A stretch of 35,047 bases of DNA from a virus (lineage: Duplodnaviria; Caudoviricetes), in the IMG/VR virus record IMGVR_UViG_3300030493_000037, positions 1 through 35,047 of that record; one strand, given 5' to 3'. Under the pieces are notes generated by a model, which was given only the letters and a program-made list of their open reading frames with translations, was not told the DNA's origin and made no database searches. This document shows, one piece after another, positions 9,375-17,373 of this stretch. Position 1 is the stretch's first letter. The number at the start of each line of letters is the position of its first letter. The position numbers and the translations under genes were made by a program.

Positions 9375-10685
9375 ATGAATCTCGTAGAGTCCTCAAAGAT
9401 GGCGATGAACCTCTCGGACGGGCAACTGTCCCAGGCGCTTCGTGCCGGAACTCTCCCGCAGTTCATCGTGGCGGCGGAAATGACGCGGCGGCGCCGAACG
9501 CGGGATTCGGGCGGCGGCCCACAGCCTACCGTCGTCCAGGAGTTGATGACCGGAGCGAACGCCATTCAGCCTCAGCAGATGCCGCAGGCTCCTCCTCAGA
9601 TGCCTCAGCAGATGCCTCAGCAGATGCCGCCACAGGGGATGAGGGCGGGTGGTCCGATCAGGATGTCTGGGCAGGGTCCGACGCAGTTGGTCCCACAGTC
9701 GGAAGACCCCACCTATTACATGGAGCGGATGCTCAAGCCGCCGCCGCTGGCGATTGCCCCTCCGCCGGATGCGGCCGCCGAAGACTACCTCTCCAGCCTG
9801 CTGCCTGAACTCGCCAAGGCGAAGGAAAAACTCACTAAGTCCGAGAAGACGCAGTTGACGCGGGCGCTCATGGAGGCAGGGTTCGCCATGATGGCGTCGA
9901 AGTCCCCCACGCTGATGGGCGGGATCGGCGAAGGCGGGAAGGCCGGGATGTCGGCGTACGCGGCGGACAAGGACCGGACGCAAGCGGGCCTGATGTCGCT
10001 ACTCCAGGACGAGGCGCGCGTGCGAACGAGCCAGCAGTCGAGCGCGGATGCGGCGGCGAATCGCAGCCAGAGGAACTGGGAGGCCGGAATCTACCCGCAG
10101 GTCGCGGGGCACCAGGGCGAAGTTTCTCAGTACATGGCGGCGAACCGGGCGGCGCTGGAAGCGGGACAGTACAACATGGGCGCTCCGGATCGGGAGATGA
10201 CCCGGAAGTATCAGCAGAGCCAGATCGACGAGAACGCGGCTCAACAGAAGAACGCGGAGTATGGCGGGACACCGCTGTCCCAGTTCCTGCGAGCGGTCGA
10301 AAAGGAAACCGGGCGCAAGGCCACCGCGAAGGAAATCGCGGACTTCGAAATGATGGTCCCCCGGCTGAACGCGCAGACCCAGCGCGGGATGGCGGAGATG
10401 TACCGCGTGAAGCCGGAAGATCCCCGCGTGGCGGCAGCTCGCGACGAAACCGAGAAACTGGCGGCCATGTTGTTCACCGAGGCGTCCAGAAACCCGGCGA
10501 ACAGAACCAAGCCGAGAGACGTGATGATCCAGGAAGCGCGGGCAATGGCGCTCAAGCAGACGGCAACGCGGTTCCCGCCTGAAGTCGTTCAAGCGATATC
10601 GGGCAACGCCCCGCCGGCGGCGCAAGCCCCAGCGGCGACTGGCGAGGCCAACTACATACCAGGGAGAGGGTTCGTGAAGCAATAA
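9375..10685 (+). CDS. Internal virion / DNA ejection protein
   Basis: 436 aa, helical. ALMEAGFAMMASKSP...GIGEGG.AG..AY motif; QQMP repeats. Confidence 0.7.
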   Translation: MNLVESSKMAMNLSDGQLSQALRAGTLPQFIVAAEMTRRRRTRDSGGGPQPTVVQELMTGANAIQPQQMPQAPPQMPQQMPQQMPPQGMRAGGPIRMSGQGPTQLVPQSEDPTYYMERMLKPPPLAIAPPPDAAAEDYLSSLLPELAKAKEKLTKSEKTQLTRALMEAGFAMMASKSPTLMGGIGEGGKAGMSAYAADKDRTQAGLMSLLQDEARVRTSQQSSADAAANRSQRNWEAGIYPQVAGHQGEVSQYMAANRAALEAGQYNMGAPDREMTRKYQQSQIDENAAQQKNAEYGGTPLSQFLRAVEKETGRKATAKEIADFEMMVPRLNAQTQRGMAEMYRVKPEDPRVAAARDETEKLAAMLFTEASRNPANRTKPRDVMIQEARAMALKQTATRFPPEVVQAISGNAPPAAQAPAATGEANYIPGRGFVKQ

Positions 10686-10701
10686 GCCAAGGCTCCAAAC
10701 G

Positions 10702-13700
10702 ATGCCAATACGTGTAAACATTCAAGGCTACGGAGTGGTCAACTTCCCGGACGGGATGACGCAGGAGCAGATTGCTCATGCCATCGAAACTGAACTCATC
10801 CCCACGTTGCCAAGAGGCGGTATCGGCTCCGCATTGGGGGCCGGGGTGGATCGAATGCAATCGGCTGGCTCTGCCCTGCTTTCGGCGATAGCGCAAAAAC
10901 AGTCTGAAAATCCACTTCTTGCTTATCTCTACGGAGCAACGCCAAGTCAAGCAAAAGAGTCCGCTCAGTTCTACGAGGGGTTGCGTACTAAAAACATCGA
11001 CGAAGCCAATAAGGCCGACCCGCTCCCGGTAACACTCGAATCCATAGGAAACGCCTACGATCAGGCGGGATTGCTTGCCGCCGCAAAACAGGTGCCTGCG
11101 CTTGTTGCAGGGCAACTCCCGCAAATGGTTCCGTATACGGCTGGGGCCATTGCGGGAGGACCGATTGGATGGGGAGTTGGTATCGGCTCGCTGTACGCGA
11201 ACCTCACAGGAGAAAACCTCAATCGGCAGGCGCAGGAAGGTCGATCTCTTCAGGAGCGCAGTCTTGGATCGGCGGCGTTGGCGGCCGTTCCTCAAACCGC
11301 GCTGGAGGGACTGTCTGATGCCCTCATGGTGGGGCCGCTCACGAAACTGCTGAAGACCGTACCGCTTGACGAATTACTCAAAACCACAGGCAAAGGCGCA
11401 CTAGCCTCAGCCAAGCAAACAGCCACACAGAAGTTGGCGCGGGCTGGGGTTGAGGCGGCAAAGCGCGCCCCGCTTGCGGCATTAGGCGAGGGCATGACCG
11501 AAGCCCCTCAACAACTTCTGGAGCGTGCTCAGGCCGGGTTGGAATGGAATCCGTTTACGAGCGAAGAAGCGCGGCAAGAGGCGCTGACAGCCGGACTGAC
11601 AGGAGCATTAGTTGGCGGGGCCATGGGCACGATCGGCGGCCCCATCCAAGCCCACAACGAGCGGGTCCAGGAGCAGGCCCGGCAGGAACAGATGGCGCGG
11701 GTCCAGGCGCTGCGGGAACAGCGCGGCGCGGTCCCCTATAACGAAGGACTGGGCGGCGCTGGGGTGTCGGTCGGGTACTCCGGTCTGGGCGAGGCGTCGG
11801 AGATCAGCCGGGAGTTCGCGCCGGGGGTGGTGGATCCGGCGGAGTTCGGGATGCCGCCGCTTCCGAAGAAGCCGAAGGTCGGACCGGATCCGCTGGAGGC
11901 GTTGCCCTACCTGCCCGGCCAGCCGGTCGACATGGGAACCGTCCCGCCGTCGGCAGTAGAGATTCGGAAGCGCAGTCTAGAGGAGAACAAGCGGAAGGCA
12001 GAGGCGCTGGCAGCCGCAAAGCTGGCGAAAAAACAGGAAGCGGAGCGGATTGCGGCGGCGGTGAAGTTCGACCCGATGGCGGATGTGGCCGCGCCGGTAG
12101 CACCTCCAGAGCCGGTAGTCGTACCAGCACCGACCAGACCCGTAGTACCCGTAGAAGGCCCTGATCTTGGCGTCCAGCGGGCGCAGGCCGCTCGCGAAAC
12201 TTTGGCGCAGAACGTCCTCGGCAAGAACTGGCAGGACATCACCAACGCGGAGCGCATAGCGATTGACGATCTTGTTATTGAAGGGTACGGATCTAATGCG
12301 GCGGCTCCGACCGCACAAGCCCCGAAGGTGAAGACCCAGGCCGAAGTGGCAGCGACCGTACGCAGTCAGTTTGAAGCAAACGCGAAGCCCGTCGTTGCCC
12401 CAACTTCTGTTGCGCCCGCCCAGGTTGTGCCCGCTGTTGTGCCGCCGAAGCAGACCGCTGCGAAGACTAAGCCGGTCGCGGTTCCGAAGGTGGCTCCCGT
12501 CGTGGCGCAGGCTGCGCCAGTTGCGTCTGTGGCTCCGGCTGTAACACCAGCCCCGACCATCGAATCCCTGCCAACTCCCGAAGTCCAAGTAGCCCCGCCA
12601 GACACCCCCGCCAATCTCCCCGCCGTTGGCTCCAAGTGGAGGAACAACAAAGGGACCGTCTTCACGGTCGAAGCGCTCAAGCCGACCAAGACTGGCTACA
12701 ACGTCGCAGGGAAACTGGGTGACGGAAAATCGCTAGTCCGCGACCTGGAGATCTTCCAGAAATTCTGGACTCCCGACAGCAAGGCGTCACTGACAGACAC
12801 GGCGGCTCCGCAGACCGCTCCCCCTCCACGCGCCCGCGTGACCCTCGACCTCGACACCGAGGCGGGTCGCCAGAAACTCCAGAACGATCCCGTCCTGAAG
12901 CCCTACTACGAAGGCCGCAAACCCCTGTTTGATGCGACGTGGCAGTACGTCAAGAAGGCTGCTCCGCATGTCTCCCTGCGGTTCTTCGAGAAGGGGAACC
13001 CGGAAACTGGGCAGCAGGCCAACTACCTCGCGTCGAAGCGGCTCATCACGCTGGCCGAAGGCATCGACGGGATGCAGACCGATGCGATGGACAAGAACGC
13101 CTGGCACGAAGTCACTCACGCGGTCTGGAGCCTACTGAGTCCGGGCGAACAGCAGACACTCGTCAGCGCGGCCAAAAAGCGAAGCGTCCTGACGCCCGAG
13201 ATGGAGCAGCGGTACCGGGATCTCTACGGTGCCGAAGCCGCGGTCGAGGAAGAACATGCCGCCGCGCTGATCGCCGGATCCATGACGGGCGAAGTGAAGT
13301 TGGCCGGCAAACCGCGCAACATCATCGACTCGACGGTTCGGGAAGCTACCCGCTGGCGGAACTGGTTGGAAGGCAACGGCAAGACAAGCCTAGAGGATTT
13401 GGTCGAATCCATCCGTGAAGGCCAGATCGGTTCGCGCATCGACGCACCCAAGGCTGCAGCGCGGCCGACGCGGGTGGTGTCGCAGGAACCGCCAGAGAAG
13501 GTGATAGCACAGGACGAGGGCGGCAGCGTTGTCCAGGATACAGAGAACCCCGACGCGCCTCCGGTGTATGTGCCGAAGGAGGACGCTGGCAAGGCGTCTC
13601 TGGTCGCAGCCGTACCCGGCAAGGCCGCGCTGGCTCCCAACACCGTCAAGACCACACCACAGCAGCAGCAGTACATCGAAGAACAGGTTGCTCGCCGCAA

Positions 13701-16356
13701 GCCGGAAGCCTCCCCCGTCGCCAAGATTCATGATGCAGCGCGCGCCTACTTCGCCAAGAACAAGACGGCGGACCAGCGGTACATCCTGACCAACATCAAA
13801 ATGCAGTTCGTAGACAGGTGGGCAAGGGTTCAGGATCTGGCTGAAGAGGTCAACAAACTCAACCCAAACTCGGCTCACGGGCGGCTCTCCTCCATCATCG
13901 CCACGCGCCTCAGCGACTGGCAGGGCGGCGTGTTCCACGAAACGATGCAGCGCGGGGCTCCGGTTTACGACCGGGCCGCCGGGTATGTGAAGGTCGTGGC
14001 CGATCACGTCGACCCCATCACGGGGCAGAAGTGGACGGCCAACGGGTTCCAGAAGGACATGGCGCCGTTCTACGAACTGAGCGACGATGACCGCCGCGCA
14101 ACCGAGTTCGTGTTCCAGGCGCTGCGATCCGACAAACTGCCACAGGAACAGCGCGGCGGGATGACCCAAGCCAAGATCGACGAGGGCAAGGCGCTTCTGA
14201 AGCAGAACCCGTGGATGCAAGACATCCTTGACGTCTACACGCGCTACAACCGGGCATTCGTCGTGATGGCGCGGGACGCCGGACTGGTCGCCAAGGATGT
14301 CGCTCAGAAGTGGATGAGCGACCCCTACATCCCGTTCTACCGGCAACTCGAATCAGACTTCGACGAATCCTATGTGCGCGGCCCGGCGACCGGATCCGGT
14401 TCGCTCATGAATCTAAGCCCGTCCAAGAACCTGAAGGGCAGCGAAGCCCCGGTTGCGGACTTCATCGAAACCAGTGCGAAGAACGCTTCGGCGCTGATTT
14501 CCAAGTCGATGCGCAACATCGCAGCGCAGCGCGTCATGCGTGATTCTGTCCTGGTTGGGTGGGCGCGCGTTGCCAAGAACAAGGAAGATGGCGATCACGT
14601 CGTCAGCGTGAAGGTGGGGGGCAACTGGTCCCACTACGACATCGGCGACCCGCTGCTGTTCGAGACGATGCAGGGCATCAACCCGATCGGCAACTCGACG
14701 GCGGGTAAACTCTTCCTGGGTGCGTCCTACCTGTTGAGGCAGGGCGTCACGCTGGCTCCGCCATTCTGGGTACGCAATACCGTTCGTGACGCGGGGATGC
14801 AGGTCGTCGCCTCGGGCCGGTCTATCCAGCCGCTGCGCACCATCGTCAAGGGCGTGACCAACTCCATGTTGGCGACGGTCGGCAAGGGATCCACCCCGGA
14901 GTTCGAAGCGTTGCGATCTGCCGGCGTGACAGGCGGGATGGTGGCGCTTGACCCGAGCGGCAACATCAATCACCAGATCATGAAGATGTACCAGGATGAG
15001 GTCGCCGGGCTGAAGCCTGCCAACATCATCGGGCACTTCATCGACCGACTGGCGAAGGCCAGTGAACGCTCCGATGCGGTCGTGCGCGAGCGGGTGTATG
15101 CCGACGTTCTAGAGAAGACAGGCGACGAAGCGCAGGCCGTCTACGAAGCCCTGGAAACGCTGAACTTCATGCGGAAGGGCCGGAACCAGACCGTCCGGTT
15201 CATGTCCATGATGGTTCCGTTTCTCAACGCCAGGTGGCAGGGCCTGGACGTCCTCCACCGGGCCGTATCGAGATCCGGGCATGGCGTGGCGAATCCTGAC
15301 CGGGCGCGAGTCCGCAAGCAACTGATCCAGACGGGCATGGCGATGGCGGCAGCGTCTTCCCTCTACGGGCTGGTCATGCCAGCGTTCAAGGCGTACCAGA
15401 ACGCCGGCGAAGAGGAGAAGGACAACTACTGGATGTTCCCGCTTGACGCGGCTGGATTCTCCGGACTCGGCAAAGCTATTCAGGGCGAGAAGTTGACCGA
15501 AGAAGAACAGAACGCGCCGATGGGCCGCGTGCCGATCCCCTTTGAAGTCGGCATGATCTTCAAGATGATTCCGGAGCGGGCGATCCAGGCGTTCGTGACG
15601 GGCGAGGATCTGCCGGAGGACTTCGGTTCGGCCCTGTTACGTGGCGCGGGATCGACGCTGGAGTTCAACCCGATTCCGCAGATCGCGAAGCCGGCCGTCG
15701 AAGCCTACCTCGATAAAGACTTCTACCGCGGTCGGCCCATCGTGGATCCGTCCGTGGCCGGGTTGGAGACGAAGTACCAGTCTGTCGAGCGCACCAGCGA
15801 ACTCGCTAAGATCGTCGGCCCGATGGTGAAACTGTCGCCAATGAAAGTTGACCACCTCGTCAGAGGCTACACCGGATGGATGGGACTCACGGCTGCCAGT
15901 GTCGCGGGCTACCTAATGTCGCCGTTGGCTGAAGACGCGGGCGCGAAGACCGCTCCAAAGTTATCGCCCACCGGGAATATCCCGATGGATTCCGTTATCG
16001 ACAAACTTCTAGGGTCGTTCGTCCAGACGCCCGAAGGCGGTGGCAGGACAGGGCGGTTCTACGAATTTGCGAACGATGTCGCCCGCTACGCGCATACCGT
16101 GGACACGCTCGACAAGCAGGGGCGCACGGCTGAAGCGGACGAACTCCTGAAGGATCGGCCTGAGCGGCTGGCGTTTTCCGATTACGTCGCGCAGGTCAAG
16201 GACGATCTCTCGCAGTTGCGGGGGGAGATCCGCAACATCCAGAACGACAAGAAACTGACGGCATACAAGAAGCGCCAGCAGATTCGGGAAGTGCGTCAGC
16301 AGATGGCTGAGGTCACGTCCGACATCAACTCCGTTCGCCGGGAGGCCTCGAAATGA
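10702..16356 (+). CDS. Large polyvalent ejection protein with zincin-like HExxH and C-terminal LPD38-like domain
   Basis: 1884 aa. VNFPDGMTQEQI N-terminus; HEVTH...EEEHAA; PFLNA..QG; IPFEVG, NPIPQIAKP.VE...DFY.GRPIV, TSELAK, SP.KVDHLVRGYTG. Confidence 0.8.
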   Translation: MPIRVNIQGYGVVNFPDGMTQEQIAHAIETELIPTLPRGGIGSALGAGVDRMQSAGSALLSAIAQKQSENPLLAYLYGATPSQAKESAQFYEGLRTKNIDEANKADPLPVTLESIGNAYDQAGLLAAAKQVPALVAGQLPQMVPYTAGAIAGGPIGWGVGIGSLYANLTGENLNRQAQEGRSLQERSLGSAALAAVPQTALEGLSDALMVGPLTKLLKTVPLDELLKTTGKGALASAKQTATQKLARAGVEAAKRAPLAALGEGMTEAPQQLLERAQAGLEWNPFTSEEARQEALTAGLTGALVGGAMGTIGGPIQAHNERVQEQARQEQMARVQALREQRGAVPYNEGLGGAGVSVGYSGLGEASEISREFAPGVVDPAEFGMPPLPKKPKVGPDPLEALPYLPGQPVDMGTVPPSAVEIRKRSLEENKRKAEALAAAKLAKKQEAERIAAAVKFDPMADVAAPVAPPEPVVVPAPTRPVVPVEGPDLGVQRAQAARETLAQNVLGKNWQDITNAERIAIDDLVIEGYGSNAAAPTAQAPKVKTQAEVAATVRSQFEANAKPVVAPTSVAPAQVVPAVVPPKQTAAKTKPVAVPKVAPVVAQAAPVASVAPAVTPAPTIESLPTPEVQVAPPDTPANLPAVGSKWRNNKGTVFTVEALKPTKTGYNVAGKLGDGKSLVRDLEIFQKFWTPDSKASLTDTAAPQTAPPPRARVTLDLDTEAGRQKLQNDPVLKPYYEGRKPLFDATWQYVKKAAPHVSLRFFEKGNPETGQQANYLASKRLITLAEGIDGMQTDAMDKNAWHEVTHAVWSLLSPGEQQTLVSAAKKRSVLTPEMEQRYRDLYGAEAAVEEEHAAALIAGSMTGEVKLAGKPRNIIDSTVREATRWRNWLEGNGKTSLEDLVESIREGQIGSRIDAPKAAARPTRVVSQEPPEKVIAQDEGGSVVQDTENPDAPPVYVPKEDAGKASLVAAVPGKAALAPNTVKTTPQQQQYIEEQVARRKPEASPVAKIHDAARAYFAKNKTADQRYILTNIKMQFVDRWARVQDLAEEVNKLNPNSAHGRLSSIIATRLSDWQGGVFHETMQRGAPVYDRAAGYVKVVADHVDPITGQKWTANGFQKDMAPFYELSDDDRRATEFVFQALRSDKLPQEQRGGMTQAKIDEGKALLKQNPWMQDILDVYTRYNRAFVVMARDAGLVAKDVAQKWMSDPYIPFYRQLESDFDESYVRGPATGSGSLMNLSPSKNLKGSEAPVADFIETSAKNASALISKSMRNIAAQRVMRDSVLVGWARVAKNKEDGDHVVSVKVGGNWSHYDIGDPLLFETMQGINPIGNSTAGKLFLGASYLLRQGVTLAPPFWVRNTVRDAGMQVVASGRSIQPLRTIVKGVTNSMLATVGKGSTPEFEALRSAGVTGGMVALDPSGNINHQIMKMYQDEVAGLKPANIIGHFIDRLAKASERSDAVVRERVYADVLEKTGDEAQAVYEALETLNFMRKGRNQTVRFMSMMVPFLNARWQGLDVLHRAVSRSGHGVANPDRARVRKQLIQTGMAMAAASSLYGLVMPAFKAYQNAGEEEKDNYWMFPLDAAGFSGLGKAIQGEKLTEEEQNAPMGRVPIPFEVGMIFKMIPERAIQAFVTGEDLPEDFGSALLRGAGSTLEFNPIPQIAKPAVEAYLDKDFYRGRPIVDPSVAGLETKYQSVERTSELAKIVGPMVKLSPMKVDHLVRGYTGWMGLTAASVAGYLMSPLAEDAGAKTAPKLSPTGNIPMDSVIDKLLGSFVQTPEGGGRTGRFYEFANDVARYAHTVDTLDKQGRTAEADELLKDRPERLAFSDYVAQVKDDLSQLRGEIRNIQNDKKLTAYKKRQQIREVRQQMAEVTSDINSVRREASK

Positions 16357-16522
16357 GATCCAAGTCCTCCACGCGCACGCGGGGCGTCTTCCGGACGGAT
16401 CCAGTCCCGATATTCACCGAGGGCAGGGTGCCCGCTTTTATGAGGTTCCGAACGTGGCGAACGCTACAGCCCAGACGGGCAGCGGCTTCCTTGAGTGTCA
16501 GAAGAGAGGGGCGTAAATCCAT
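16325..16522 (-). CDS. Excisionase-like HTH (HTH_17/MerR-type) protein
   Basis: LLTLKEAAARLGCSVRHVRNLIKAGTLPSV.IG...RVRVEDLD. Begins 1 nt after the recombinase stop. Confidence 0.85.
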   Translation of the reverse strand: MDLRPSLLTLKEAAARLGCSVRHVRNLIKAGTLPSVNIGTGSVRKTPRVRVEDLDLISRPPGERS

Positions 16523-16523
16523 G

Positions 16524-17339
16524 TTAATCTCCGAAGCAGTCGCTCAGGTGGTTCGTCGCGTTGGTCAGATAGTCGGGGCTGTACTTCACGTAGATCTTTT
16601 CGGTTGTCGTGGTGTTGGTGTGCCCCAGCAGCTTCGAGACTTCAGCCATCGGGACGCCCTGCTTGACGAGGTTCGTGGCAACGCTGTGGCGGATCGTGTG
16701 GGGCGTGACCCACTCCAGGCCGGCAGTCTTGATGGTCGCGGCCCAGCGGCGCCGGATGTCGCGCTGATGCGCACCCCACAGGACGTATCCAGACCCGCCC
16801 GTCGTAGCCCGCAGCGCAGAAATCAGTTGGGCCAAAGGCCCCGCCACAGGTACGATACCCGCGTGCTTAGCTCGAACCTCCCCGCGATTGAAGTTGATGA
16901 TCTGGGAGCGGTCATCGACCTGAGTCCACTTCAGACCCAGCACCGCTCCGGGCCGCTGGCCGGTCAGCGCCATGAGGCGCACGAAGTCGCCGATGCCGTG
17001 GATGTCTCCAGCCAATATGAGGGTCTTCAATTCGTCGACGGTGAGCCACGAAGACCGGGGTGTCTCCTTGATGTCTGCCCAGATGATCGGCGCGCCGGAA
17101 ATGCGGCCGGACCTGACGGCGTAGCGAATGCACGCCCGGAGCACAGCGAGTTCCCGCTTGGCCGTGGCCCCGTTGCCACGGCGCTTGACGTAACGCTGGA
17201 TCACGTCGGGCGAGAGATCGTTCAGGTCGGTCGGACCCAGGACGCAGAGATTCTTCCACGCGGCTTCCTGCCTCCGCTTATCAATAATCTGCGGAAGATG
17301 CTCCGCTTTATATGCCAGCCAACAGCCTTCAACGGTCAT
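16524..17339 (-). CDS. Short tyrosine recombinase lacking an arm-binding domain
   Basis: Catalytic motifs TGQRPG, HTIRH, LLGH, IYVKY; 271 aa. Confidence 0.92.
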   Translation of the reverse strand: MTVEGCWLAYKAEHLPQIIDKRRQEAAWKNLCVLGPTDLNDLSPDVIQRYVKRRGNGATAKRELAVLRACIRYAVRSGRISGAPIIWADIKETPRSSWLTVDELKTLILAGDIHGIGDFVRLMALTGQRPGAVLGLKWTQVDDRSQIINFNRGEVRAKHAGIVPVAGPLAQLISALRATTGGSGYVLWGAHQRDIRRRWAATIKTAGLEWVTPHTIRHSVATNLVKQGVPMAEVSKLLGHTNTTTTEKIYVKYSPDYLTNATNHLSDCFGD

Positions 17340-17345
17340 GGTCCC

Positions 17346-17373
17346 AGTGTACTCGCTTCCCTTCGGTTGTCAA
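17346..17373 (-). promoter_or_regulatory. Sigma70-type promoter for the recombinase, probably leaderless
   Basis: Minus strand reads TTGACA-N16-TACACT-N6-ATG, leaving no room for an RBS. Confidence 0.7.

Noticed and set aside
9571-9631. 12-bp tandem repeats encoding QQMP
   Set aside because: Ordinary in-frame low-complexity linker.
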